Of a stretch of DNA of 64,000 nt, positions 27,560 to 41,231 are shown piece after piece. The stretch lies in NCBI GenBank assembly GCA_023213395.1, contig CM041465.1:73849741-73913740 (forward strand), read 5' to 3'. Below the pieces are notes generated by a model. It ran no database searches. It was not told where the DNA came from and saw only the letters and a list, made by a program, of their open reading frames with translations. The position numbers and the translations under genes are program-made. Every line of letters starts with the position of its first letter. The stretch's first letter is position 1. The DNA comes from Cycas panzhihuaensis. Taxonomy: Eukaryota; Plantae; Cycadophyta.

Positions 27560-28738
27560 TCTAACACCTAAAGAATAACAATTGATTGGGTTTTAAGTAT
27601 ACTATAATTGTTTACAATCTATACAATCACAAAAAAAGAAAAAGCTAGAAAAAGTCGTGATCTAACACTTCAACATAGAGCAAAAGACACATGAACCAAG
27701 TGTATAGATTTAACAAATAGAAAAATATTTTTGCTTAGTAGAAATTAAGTCATTTAATGAAGTTGCATTAGTAACATTACACATGGATAGAATTGCATGT
27801 GAATTATGCCAAAGCTTAGAATATACTATATTTTGGAATCAATTGTCGTTATAAAAGGAGTTTGTCTATTTATACATGAAAAGATTCAAAGTTATAACCA
27901 AGCACGATTACCATTGTGAATTATAGAAATGAAGGCAAATGGGAATTGTAGAGGAATATAGCATGATATTCACTAAATTGAGTTATGTAGTAGAAGATAT
28001 TATAAATAATAGACTCATTTAGTTATACATTAATGACCTAATAATAGAAATTCAAGAAGATGTAAAGACCCAAGAACCTATTGATCTTAATAAAGTAATA
28101 TAACTAGTTATAATATATGAAGATAAGATTAATACATTATGAAAGATAGAGACAAGTCCCTATATTCCTTAGTTTGTTTTCCCTAGCCTATTACCAATTG
28201 CCTAGCCTAATCCACCATCAACTAATCCTAATTGACCCACTAAACCAATCCTTCAAAATATAAGAGCAAAATAACAAGAATTAAGAAAAAAAAATCTATG
28301 TTTTACATGTGAAGAAAAAAGGGTACCTGGGTATAAATATCGAAAGAACTATCTATATATAATAATATTATAGTCTATATATGAGAATGAAAAAGATAAG
28401 AAGAAACAAAGCTTAGAAAACAACCACAAAGATTATCATAATTATGAATCTTAAGGAAATTGCTACCATCTCAAGGTTGACATCCTAAAAATGTCATTCT
28501 CAAGTAGAAGTAATCTCACTCAATCAAATACATTGAAAATATAAGAATTTATTAAAGATCAAGTTATTACAATTTTAGTGGATTTAGGCAACACTCACAA
28601 TTTTATTAATAAAAATTATGTTTAATAACTAAGATTATTTCCATTAAGAACTCCCCATTTTTTAGTGAGTGTTAGAGGAAGATAGGTTATATTAAGGCAA
28701 AGTGTGATAAAAAATCTTAACCTCATGGTGGGTGATGT
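27560..28738 (+). pseudogene. G3 gag and N-half of protease (continues at 34640-34800)
   Basis: Gag-like ALVTLHMDRIAC, LRKKNLCFTCEEK; protease ITILVDLGNTHNFI. Confidence 0.75.
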
Positions 28739-31700
28739 TGAGATGTTTCTTCTCACTAGCACTATTAAGATAGCAGAGAAATGACAGTCGCAACCACGTC
28801 ATTTTATCCAATAGGTCAAACAAATTAACCAAGAGTTTCATAGGAATAATAGAGTACGAAATGATCACCGAAAAATAGAAAGTACCATAGCACAATCTTT
28901 ATAAAAAATTCTATCAAAATAACCATCATTTATAATTTATGACCCTTATATAGATAAAAGAGGATCTTATACATGTAATCATATTGGCAGCCTAAGCAGC
29001 CTTACATTCTATTAGACGGCAATGGCCATGCATACCATTAGCCAACTTGATGGCACATGCACAGAATTCTATAATTAACCTTATCTTATAACTTGTTGAT
29101 AGCTCTCTGTATACTAGTGGTTTACATAACTTAGCTGGACAAGTTATGTAATAGGTCCCCTCCCCTAAGATGCCAAGTCCTCGAGGCATATAAGATGTGA
29201 GTGCTCTTTGATAAACTCCTCAGACTCCCAAGTTACTTCGTCAAAGTTGTAGCCTATCCACTGTATCAAATATTCTGAAATAGACTGATTCTGAAGATAG
29301 TGTTGTCTGGTAGTCAGTATACGTTCTAGAGGTATGAACAAGGTTTGCTCTTCATCTAATATTAGAAGGGTTATATAGGGAATATGGGTTTTGCTTATAC
29401 ACTTCCAAAGATAAGAGACATGAAAAACATTATGGATGTTTATGGTGGGGGGAAGGTCGAGTGCAGATGCAACTTCATCAATATGTTTAAGGACTTTATA
29501 GGGGCCATAATATTGAGGGCTAAGTTTGTGATTCTTGTGATAGCAAAGGGATTGTTGCTTATAAGGTTAGAGATAAAAGAATACAAGATCACCAATATTG
29601 AAGAAGCGATCGGAGCGGTGGCGGTCTACTAATTGTTTTATTTGATTTTAGGACATGGATAGTTTTTGTTTAAGAGTGTGGAGGATTTGGTCCATATGTT
29701 GCAGTTTTTGTTGTACTGTTGCCATGTGGAGGTTGGTAGCCAAGGTGTGGTGGGGTGATGGGGGATACCCATAGAGGGTAAAAAATGGGGACATTCCAAT
29801 GGTTGAATGGTGTGAGGAGTTATATCAATACTCAACTAGGGCTAGCCATGATGTCCATTTAGACTGGTGGTCAGATGCAAAGAAACATAAGTAGGTCTCT
29901 AGAGTTTTGTTAAGGATCTCAGATTAGCCATCAATTTGTGGATGGTATGACGAATTCATATTGAATGATATTCCTAATGCACGGAATAACTCCTGCCAAA
30001 AGGAGCTAGTCAATTTAGGGTCACGATCGCATACAATGGTGGATGGAAACCGTGGAAATGAAATATTGTCTAGATATAAATATCAACAATACATGGAGCT
30101 TTATAGGTTATGTGGACATGTAAGGAGTGGGTATATTTTGTCAACCTATCTATGACTACTAAAATGGAGTCAGATCCTATAGATAGTGGTAGGCCTGTTA
30201 TAAAGTCCATAGAAATATCTTGCCATTTACCTTGTGGGATGTGCAACGATTGAAGGAGGCCTGGTTGGGGTTTTGTATCAGCTTTGTTATGTTGGTATGT
30301 ATCACATTCCAAGACAAAGGTAAGGACAATAGATTTCATTTCTGGCCAAAAGAAATCAAAACGTATCCTACGGTAAGTCTTATCAAAACCAAAATGACCA
30401 CCAAGAGGGGAAGAATGATAGTCTGATAAAATCCACAGGATAAAAGCTAAGTGGAGGTGTATGAATATGTGATTTTGCTATAAGAGAAGATTATTATAGA
30501 TGGACCAATCCTTATGAGTGTGGACCTTATTAACCTAGTGTACAAAATTAGGTTGGGTTTGGTTAGTCGTGGCTAAATCCTGTATCCATGTCGGTTGTGG
30601 GGAAGAAATGGCATAAATGGTGGGGTCCTTAGTGTGACTAGTGTTATCGTCAAGTGTAGGTGAAGGTAGCCTCAAGACAGCATTTGCCACAATGTTATCT
30701 TTTCCCTTTTTATAAGTGATTGTAAAATCAAAAACTTGGAGGTAGTCAACCCATTTAGCCTACTTTTTTAGGAGGACTGGTTGATCTAGTAAGCAACAAA
30801 GTCTATGATGATCAATAAGGATAGTAAATTTAGAACCAAGTAGATACTATCACCACTTATCAATAGCATGGAGGATGGCCCACATTTCTTTTTGATAGGT
30901 AGACAATCTACACTCATGATCTTTAAGTTTTTGACTTTTGAAGACAATGGGGTGGAAGTCCTGAATTAAGACTACACCCAATCCAAACCTGGAGGCATCA
31001 CATTCTAATTGGAAAGGCTGAGAAAAGTCAGGAGAGGCCAAAACTGGGGTGGTTGTCATGACCTCCTTTAGATGGAGGAAGGCCTCATTAATTGAGGAGG
31101 ACCATTGGAAGGAATCCTTCCGAAGTAAGTGGGTTAAGGGGGTGGTTAGTGTGGCATAATTTTGAACAAACTGATGATAGAATCAGGTAAGTCCTAGGAA
31201 ATCCAATAATTGGGTCAGGGTTTTTAGGGTTAGCCAATTAGTGATGATAGAGATTTTATCAGGATCCATCTGAACCCCTGCAAAGGATATAATATGACCA
31301 AGGTATTGTAGTTTATATTTCCTAAACTCACATTTGGAGAGTTTAACATATAATTTATTTTTAGCTAAGATTTAAAGGATTATTTCTAGATGCAGGATGT
31401 GAGCAAGCATGTTTGAGCTATAGATAAGAATATTGTCAAAGAAGATAATGACAAATTTTCATAGGTATGGGGAAAAGATATTGTTCATTAGGACCTGAAA
31501 GATGGCTAAAGCATTACATAGGCTAAAGGGCATGACCTGGAACTCAATGTGGCCATGGTGGGTTCAGAAGGCCATTTTATGTTGATCCTCTAGCAAGATA
31601 GGGATTTGGTAATATCCTGACTATAAATCAAGTTTGGTGAAAATTGCCACCCTATGGATTTCATTTAACATGTCATCGATTCGTGGCATGGGAAACTTGT

Positions 31701-34639
31701 TTTTTATGGTGATTTTATTGAGTGTATGATAGTCAATACAAAGTTGAAAAGAGCCATCCTTTTTGCAAACTAAAATGATGGGTGCCACATATGGGCTTTT
31801 ACTAGGTTGGATGATACCCATGTCTAATAATTCCCTTGTGATTTTTTCAATTTTATTTTTTTAGAAATAGGAGTTCCTGTATGGTCGAAGGCTAATAGGG
31901 TCATGTGAACTTTGTAACTCAATAGTATGGTAAAAACCTCGATCGAGTAGGGGCATGGCAGGTAATGAAGCAAATACAGATTGGTATCGATCTAATACTT
32001 GCTGGATATTAGGGTAGATACCCGAAGAGGTCTGGATATGGTTAAGATGAATGATGTATCCTATGTTACCATTGAGTTAACGATGCATTCAAGTGGGTGT
32101 GATTACTTTGTTTGGGGGGGCTTGCATCCCATAAAGTTTATGAGAGTGGCCCATGTGATCTTCAAACATAATGAAGGGGGGCGTGGGTGAGTTATTGGTG
32201 CTATAAGTTCCTAGAGTCTGGAGCCATTGCATACCAAGAATTACATCTGACCCACCTATGGACATGGCATAAAAATTAGAGACAAGGGTATATGAGCCAA
32301 TGTGGACCGTGAGGTTTTTTATTGTTCCATCACAATGGAGGGTGTGATGACCAGGTAAGGAGCAAGTAAAGCCTATTTTAGGTTCTATATAAAGATTCAA
32401 CTATTGAGCAATGGAGATATCGATCAAATTTAGTGACGCGTTGTCATCGATCAAAATGGTAATTAGGGTTTTCCTAAGCATTCCTTTGACTTAAAGTGGT
32501 TCCAGACATGTAGTGGAGGTGATAGTTGATAGGGAAACTTCAGGTTTAGGGTTTGGGGGCAACTCATCAGTAGCGTAGTCTCGGGGTTCATCATCATATT
32601 TGTGCTCAGTCTTGGGGTCATCTTCCAAAGATAAGTTATGGTCAATTGTGAAGACCATCTTCCTGGCTTTACATATTCTACCGTGACCAATGGTCCATCT
32701 TTCAGAACATTGCATACATAGACCAACTTCCCAAGGACATTGTACCTCTGTTGGAGTGATGTGAATGGACTTTGAAGATGGTTCCTCAGTGCGCTGCTCG
32801 AGAGATATAGCTGGGGTGTCCTTTGGTTATGGGTGTAATTGTTGGTAGTCAGTTAGACGTGGTCTTTGGGACTAGGCTGTATTAGCTTATTGAGATTATG
32901 AAAGCTAAGTGGAATTTCGTCTAAATGGAGGAGGTCTTTCTGTAGCAAACTCTTCTTCTACTGCTTTAGCCATATTAATTACATCTTTTAGAGTAGACAA
33001 GGAGACTATCTTCAGGCACATTTGGATACGTATCTATCTCTGTATGTTTATCAAGTTGCTAATCAACTCGATTACATAAAGATTAGAACTTATCAGTGTA
33101 AACTTTCATAGAGGATACCTGCTTCAAACATGTTAGTTGTATGAAAAAAAAATAGTTCTAAGTGTCTTCATATTGCTCAGAAAAATAGGTAGAGAAGTGT
33201 GCCCAAGACTGGCTCGAGGGGTACTCCTACTTCCACGATCGGAACCAATGATGTTCCTTCCTATCTAAGTGGAAGGAAGCAAATGTAAGTTGTTCATTTA
33301 CTGACATTAGGTTTAGTGTAAAGTAGGACTCTAGTTTGCTAATCCAACTTCGTGCACTATCCTTGTTGAGATATGGATCAAATATGGGTATGTTGATCTT
33401 ATGATGAAATGGCTGCTGCTGACGTGGAGGCAGAGGTATGATTTATTGCTGTGTGGGGCCAACTGGTAGTGGGGGACAGAAGTTGTTTAACCTCTTAATT
33501 ACATTTTGGACATCATCATGGGATGCTAGGTTTGACAGTCTTGAGTTAAATTCTTCCTACATGGTAGCTACTTTATTTTTAACCTCCTTATGCATGTGGT
33601 CAAAATCCTCCTTAAATTTTTTCTGAATATTGATGACATGGGTCTCAAGTATCGAGATTTTATCACTGTTGCTTTAAGGACCCATGGAGAAAGGGTGTAA
33701 AGAGGTGAGAATAAGTAGAAAGAAGGGGAATGAATGAAGTGGGAAAGATCAAGAAAGAACAAGGATGTAAGAAAAAGGGAGTTATTAAGGGAAAGAGAAG
33801 GGGGCAAATAGGGAGATTATGGGAAGACCCTCGGTATAGGGTCTCTACCTAACTATTTGGGTAGCCACTTAACAGAGTTATCTACCTGGGAAATGAGGTG
33901 GAAGGGAGAAAGTGTAGCCACCCAATGGAGTTATCTATCCTTGAGTTATAATTCAATGTAGAATTTAAAATACAAAAATAGAATTAAAACTGGATAAAAA
34001 ACAGAAGGATAAGATGCTAGCGTTACCTAAGAAAAAGAATTCCCCCTTTCTCCTGACTCTTGAACTGTCCTAGTGCTGTTCCTTAATCTTTGTGGAGAGA
34101 GTACTAAGAAAAGGTCTTTCCTCGATCTCTACTAAGGTAGAGAGAGTACTCGATCTGACATGAATTTTTTTTTTTTTGATATTTCGAATAACTTCCTATG
34201 ATCACAACACAACTCTCATACCACTTGAGATATTTCTTCTCATTAACACTGTTGAGATAGTAGAGAAATGATAGTCACAACCGTGTCATTTTATCCAATA
34301 CGGCAATTAAATTAACCAAGAGTTTCACAGGAACACTAGAGTGCTAAATGATCATAAAAAAATAGAAAGCACACAACACAATCTTTATAAAAAGTTCTAT
34401 CAAGATAACCATCATTTACAATTTATGACCCTTATATAGACAAAAGATGGTCTTATACATATGATCCTATTGGCGGCCTAAGCGGCCTTACATTCTATTA
34501 GATGACAGCGGCCATGCATACCCTTGGCCAGCTTGACGGCACATGCACGAAGTTCCATAATTAACCTTATCTTATAACTTGCTGATAGCTCTTTGTATAC
34601 TAGTGGTTCACATAACTTAGCCAGATAATTTATGTAACA
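28739..34639 (-). mobile_element. G4: Ty3/Gypsy chromovirus (Reina-like), full length, degenerate
   Basis: LTRs 28739-29153 and 34226-34639, perfect TSD gatgt, PBS 34211-34223, PPT 29154-29169. Confidence 0.95.
29180..33660 (-). pseudogene. G4 gag-pol pseudogene
   Basis: KKDGSFQLCIDY, KNKFPMPRIDDML, LECDAS, WQDISMDFITGLP, chromodomain EYLIQW. Confidence 0.92.
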
Positions 34640-35427
34640 GATGTTATCATTACGAAAAACTTTTATTTTCTTGATATGGGAGGTTGAGATGTTGTTTTAG
34701 GTAGCTAGTGGCTTAGAACATTGGGAACATTTGAAATAAATTTAGATAAATTATTAATGAGATTTAAGAAAGAAGGTAAGACTATCATGATTTTAGGAAA
34801 AATACCAAGAAATACCCAAGTAATCTCATATAAATATAACTAGGAAATATCATCAAGATATAATGGGTAAACTTTCCGTGTTTCAGGTAGAAATAAGTTT
34901 GACAACTAAAAAGATCAAGTACATGAGACATCCCAAAAATACAAGAAAATCTTTCAAGGTCTTTAAGTAGAATCTCTTTTGATAAAATCTTAGAACATCT
35001 AATTAATCTCATAATAGGTACAAACTCAATGATTATTCAACCATATAAGGGAACACATCATTATTGAGATAAAAAATTGACATAAAATCACACAAAGAAT
35101 TACAACATCCTTCAAAGGGATAATAATCAATTGTTATCTTCAACTATATTTTAAGGAAAAAATATTTCAAGAAGGGGGTCTTGTTATGACCCTAATTAAT
35201 TAATCTAATTATTATTAAAAGGCACTCTTGAAGGGTTGCATCCATTCATTAAGAGACATTGTCATACATACAAATATATGTCCATTATAAACATTCATCA
35301 TCACTTCATTTTATTAATCAAATATATTGGTCTATTTTATTATTAAAGTTATTTAAACATTCTTGTAGTCTTTTGTGCTCTCTAAAATTTGGCAATTGTC
35401 TTCAATTTATGAATGAGGTTTGTAACA

Positions 35428-38000
35428 AAGACTAACCATAAACCTTCAATATAAGTGTTTATATAGACTAAGAAATTTGAGTCTAGGTTAGGTACAATGA
35501 GAACTAGAGTAGTGGTAAGTAATTGCTTTAGCAATTGAAATCTTTCCTTACATAGATATATCCATATAAATTTGGCATCCTTCTTTTGTAAAGAAGTGAT
35601 TGGGCCTTCACTCTTAGAGAAATTCTTTGCATATCTGTAGTAGTAACCTATAAGTCCTATTAAACTCCTCACCTTATACACATTCTTAGGGGATGATCAT
35701 TCTATTATGGCTATGATTTTTTGTAGATCAACTAAAATTCTTACTTCTGAAATAACATGTCCTAAATAATGCACCTCCTCTTTGTAGAATTCACATTTGC
35801 TTACCTTACTATATAACTTGTGTTCTTTAAGTAATTGTAACAAATTCATATATGCTTCTCATGCTCTTCTTTAATTTTTGAATAAAGCAAATTGTTATCT
35901 ATGGTAAATTTATTAAAGTACTTTCTAAATACATTATTTATTAACCACATAAACATTGCAGGTATGTTTGTTAGTCTTAATAACATTACTAGAAATTTAT
36001 AATTCCCATACCTAGTCCTAATGGTAGTCTTAAAACACATCCTCCTCGTTGATTAAATAAATCTTCAATTCAAGGCCTTGTTTAGTTACTAGTAATCTAT
36101 GTACAACATTATACTTCCATCTATCTTTTTTATAAATAGGATTGGCACTCCCCATGGAAAAACATTGGGCTTAACAAGACCCTTGTTAAGTAGGTCCTAC
36201 AACTACATTTTCAATTCAAGTAATTCTAGTATAACTAGGTGATATGGTGCCTTAGAGGGTGGTTCTACTCCTAGCACAAGTTTAATTGCATAATCCACTT
36301 CTTATTTGGGTGGCAACCCTTATAGCTCATCTAGAAATACTTCTTTGAATTCTTATATTATTGGATGATTCACTTGGTTAGGCCCCACAAGTGTCCCTTC
36401 CTCATTTGCATGTACAAGAGAAGCTTGATAACCCTTCCTCGAGTATTTCTTCACTTATGTTACTAAGTTTTGATGAATGTTAACTAGAAATTTCATTCCT
36501 TGAATAAGAGTGGGCTCTTCATTGTCATTTGAGCACTCAACCAACTTATTATAGTAATCAAGTTTTACTTGGTGCTTTGCTAACCATTCTAGGCTAATAT
36601 GATACTATTAAAATTTCCTTATGGTTAGATATAAAATATAGAAAAAGTAAACTATGGTTCCCACTTTAATGGATAAAAGAGCACACATTCTATCATCTTC
36701 CTCTTGTTGCTATTTATCATGTGTGTAGTCCACTTATCCTTGTGAGTTTGAATCTTAAGTTTGTACTTCTCGATAATCTTTAGATACAAGAAGTTATGGG
36801 TACTTCTTGAGTCAATAAATGTTGTAAGATCTTGCCTTATAATTTTACTAGTTGCTTGCATCATAAGGAATTGATTATCAGCTTGTCTTCCCTCAATTAT
36901 TGCATGTGTATGAATGTATCTTATTTCCTAGGCTTCATTTACTATTGTGGGTTATAGGTCTATGTTATGAGCTCCTCCTTTTGGTCTCTATCTTTATGGA
37001 TAATTAAGAGTATAATGTCCTTTTTTATTATATTGATAACATCTATCTTCCCCTAATTTTTTAGGAGTACTCATGGGTAATGGATTAGGCCTTGGGTTGC
37101 CTAGTGGTCAATTGAAATTTCTCCCTTCTTAATTAAATCTTTATGATTTGAAATCCCTCTATTAGTTGTCTTAGCCTTGGCTACCATCTTCTCTTTTAAT
37201 TGACTTGCCTATCTTGTGGCTTTGTCCACTAGTCTTCACAACATCTAGCCTTATGAATTGCCTCTTCCAAGGTCTTAGGCTCATGAATTATGATTCTATT
37301 TTGAATATTTTTATTCAATCCATTAATAAATTTATGGGTCTTTAACTTTTCTTCTTAGATGTAAGGGGATTATTGGAGAACTTCTATGAATTTTCTCTTA
37401 TATTTCTTTATTATTACTCTCCCTTATTTTAATTCATGGAAGGTTGTTATCTTCTTATTATAATACTACTTTGAAAGATATTTCTACATGAAACACTTAA
37501 TGAGCTTACTCCACCTTATGACTCTTTCTTGAATGTCCTTAACCTTCTTGAGATGTTCCCACCATTAGGATGCTTTACCTATTAAATTATAAAGAATAAT
37601 CATTACCTTATTATTAGAGCTAAAGTTATTTAATTCAAAGTACTTCTCAATGTTGAGCAACCATAACTCTACTTCACCTTCACTCTTGATTTCTCCATTG
37701 AAAACTAGTGGCCTCGCCTTTCTCATTTTAAATTAGATCATATTCTTTTTAGCTCTACACTCACCTTATTTGGGAGCTTCATTGGAGGACTTAATGCTTA
37801 TAGAGAATTACTCTTTATTGTGCTCTCTAACCCTTCTCTTGGCTCTCCTACTTGAATACTAATGAATTGATGGTTCTTGGGGCTTGCCTCTTTTCCTATT
37901 GCTTATGGTGTTTTGAACTCTTTTAATATTTTATTACTCAATAGTTTGTTAAATATTATAGAGAATTACATCATAACTCCTTAAGATCCTTTCATTATCT
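35428..38000 (-). pseudogene. G2 gag, protease, RT and RNase H N-part
   Basis: FNGEIKSEGEVELWLLNIEKYF (gag), FIDSRSTHNFL (PR), RTRYGNYKFLVM (RT), IGLIGYYYRY. Confidence 0.88.
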
Positions 38001-38364
38001 TCTGTGCAACTCTTTAGTTATTCTTATAGGAAATAAACAATCCCCATCAATGTAACTAAAACATCATTTTGTGAGTTGCCCCTATGCCCTATAAACTCTT
38101 TAACATCTATGTCTTTAAAGCTAAAATCTCTTTTGCCTTCTTATGCCCTTTGGATGTTAACCTTATATAATAATTTTCTCATCCTCATGATGTATCTTAT
38201 TAATCTAAGTGTGGGTTTTTCTTTTTTGCAAGGTTGGTTAATATTCTACCAATGTACTAGAGTTTAACCTAGTCTTCTAACATGTTTTTGTTGATTATAC
38301 AAGCTCTAAACTTAGGCTTTAATAAGTTCTTTATAACTTCCACCTTAAATCTTTGATACCACCC

Positions 38365-39690
38365 TATTATGACCCTACTCCCTAGCTATGATTAACTATG
38401 ATGCCCCTTATTTATAACTCGCCTAAGCCTACTAACTAAGCTAATCCCATCCAAACTACTTGAACTATGGAAGCATAAAATAGAGTGTTGTATATGTGCA
38501 TATCAAAAAATATATACCTAATATATGCATCTAAGTAGAGAGGGCATAGCTGTATTTTAAATATACCCAAGTTACATTCTATTAGTAGCATTTAAAAAAA
38601 ATGAATAAGTGTTAAAGCAATATAATTCACCATTGAGTTATTATTTATGCAACTTGATTGTGAAATAGACCAACCAGATCACTCATATGGATTCATTGCC
38701 TAGTCAATTGAATTCTTGTGGATGAAAATACCTCCAAGCTAGTGCACATGATATGAATGTTGGATTATTGGTATGTCACTCAACTCTCAATCTTATAATA
38801 TACCCAAATTACTTCTTTGGTCATAAATATGTAAATAAAACACTGATGAAATATATGTGATCGTTTTCATTGCCCTTTAACTCACTTAACAACATTTAGA
38901 AATGCTATACTACATATGGTTCATCACTAAATTGATCTCTTTAGACTATCTCTTTATGTGACTTGCATGTCCTGTACCACACATTGTATGATTGATAACC
39001 TTGCATGTATTATTATCGGGCCTCACCATAATGAGGTTGTGTGTTTCATACCACATTGGCACTTACTCATAATAAGGTTGTGAATCTATACCCTATAGGT
39101 ATTACTAATGCATACTGGAATAGTAATAAAGAGGGATCTTACTCAAACCTCAAGGGGGCTCACTTAACCCTTATAAAAAGGGGGACTCATTTAACCCTCA
39201 TAAGAAAAAAGACTTGCTCAACTTAAATTTCTATCACAATATTATAGGAAATAAGAGTCACTCAACCCAAATTTCTTTTATAACAAAGAGGGGACTCACA
39301 TAATCTTTAGGGAATGGGGGCTCACTTGACCCAAATTCTTTTTATAATATAAATGGGGCTCACTCAACCTTCACAGAATAGGGACTCACTCAACCTAAAC
39401 CCCACATGTTAACTAAAATTTAACTCTATCAAAATAGTCTAAGGAGATTGACATATAATAGATATATATATTTATGCCACTTACCAAACTTATCCCTTAT
39501 ATGAGATGGGAATAAACTTTAATAAATTTCAATTAGAGTTAATTTGCCTTCCTTATAATTCTACCTTAAGGTATAATCATGCTTATCAAACTTAAGTTAA
39601 CTTTTATAAAATCCATCTGTAAGAAATTTAAGAAAACTCTATTGTGAACTTTATATATCTCCTTTTCATCATTCTTATAATAATTAATCT
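38365..39690 (-). repeat. G2 5' LTR, truncated
   Basis: Follows the PBS; homology to the 3' LTR stops near 39690. Confidence 0.8.
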
Positions 39691-39743
39691 TAGAGATAAT
39701 TATAAATTTTGAATTAAATGTGATAATATATTAGAGTTTTTCA

Positions 39744-40293
39744 TTCTTTAATACCATGTTAGAATATTCTTATTTATGCAACATAATCATACTAATAAAG
39801 TATCAATTATGAATCATAATGTATCATGAGGAATATGAAGAATATACACACAAATATAAGATGTAAGATCAATATATAAAGTAATAACATGAATCATAAA
39901 GTATAATAAACATCACCATATATCAATAAGCATACACCACAAGAGATAACAAATTTATATATGGTAAACCTAAGAAGAAAAAAAACCATAGGATAAGATT
40001 GGAGTTGGGAGATTCTCTTTAATGATCTTCAAATGCATTATATCTCCATGTCAATCAATCCTCAATTTTTCTTAATCTTTTCTCAAGTTCTTAAGTGCTA
40101 TGTATCTATATTTATAAATTTAGTCACCTCATGATAAGCATATAAAATTTTAAAGATTCTTTATCTTTCAATATGATATTTATATAAATACGTGTGTATT
40201 GCCACACTTATCAATGTTTTTGTATATAGGATTGTATAGGTCCATAGTCTTATATTAAACATTATATATGCGAAAATATCATATATTCTAACA
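39744..40293 (-). mobile_element. Orphan Copia-type 5' LTR (39757-40293) with decayed PBS; internal region deleted
   Basis: Terminal inverted repeat tgttagaata...tattctaaca; PBS-like ctttaatacca adjacent; ggtaaacc..gaagaaaaaaaaacca motif resembles the C1/C2 LTRs. Confidence 0.7.
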
Positions 40294-41231
40294 CTTAACC
40301 TTAATATTTAATATTTTCAAATCTTTGATCTTCAACTTTAACCTTAGTCTTATGATTTCATGCTTTGCTTTCATGTTTTACTTTCACGTTGAAACCTATA
40401 AACTTATATTAAATTTATATTAAGTTGAATAATTGAATCATTGATAACCTGTCTTTGTTATGTTTGTCTCTTGCAAGCAAATTCTATCAATAATACATCA
40501 TATTAACTTGTAATCAAACATATGAAACTAACTATGTAACCAACTATGATTAACCACCTATAAACCATCATTAGTCAATTATCCAATAACATCTAATGAT
40601 GATTCATGACTTTCATTTGTCATATTATATGAAGTCTTTTCTCAATAATTTCATATCTTCTACCTATAAAGCTGTGACAATCAACTCTATTAACTCCAAA
40701 AATCTCATGAACCAAAATAATTACTGATGTCTATATAAAATAATAACCATCTACTAGAATACATGAGTAACTAGTCTCTATAATCATTAGTTCCCTAGAA
40801 TGTTTTTTGCATATGTGGTTTATTAATTGAATAAAGCAAAATATTAAACGACCCTAGTTGTTAGGCTAATATACTATTATAAGAGTAGTAATATGTTTTG
40901 CTTCTTACATATGAAAATAATAATGTTAACTATGAGGCTAATATATTGTATAAGAGTAGCTTATAAATCCTTTTTCTTGCCCCTTGCCTACAAGATAAAT
41001 ATGTATGTTTTTTCATCTCTATACACTTTACAACTCTCTTTTAGTAACTAATAAAAATCACCAAGCAACTATCAATAATTTTGACAGATTAATTTTAGGA
41101 ATAAGGCATACCACCTAGCCAAGTCAAGTTAACTATAACAAAGTAATGTAAACATATATATTCCTATACCTCTTGTCATACATGAATATCATATTTCTCA
41201 CTGACAAACATATATTCTATATCAACTAGAT

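Larger units (their letters stand above)
26299..35427 (+). mobile_element. G3: non-autonomous Gypsy (gag + protease only, TR-GAG-like), ~3.2 kb without G4
   Basis: 246-bp LTRs 26299-26544 and 35182-35427, PBS 26547-26558, PPT 35169-35178, decayed TSD aatat/aagac. Gag (CFTCEEK) and protease (ILVDLGNTHNFI...DVVLG) present; no RT or INT before the PPT. Confidence 0.85.

Noticed and set aside
40300-41231. Possible decayed LINE RT (VCLIPK on the minus strand), perhaps continuing at 46730-49140
   Set aside because: A single short motif in extremely decayed AT-rich sequence; needs a profile search.
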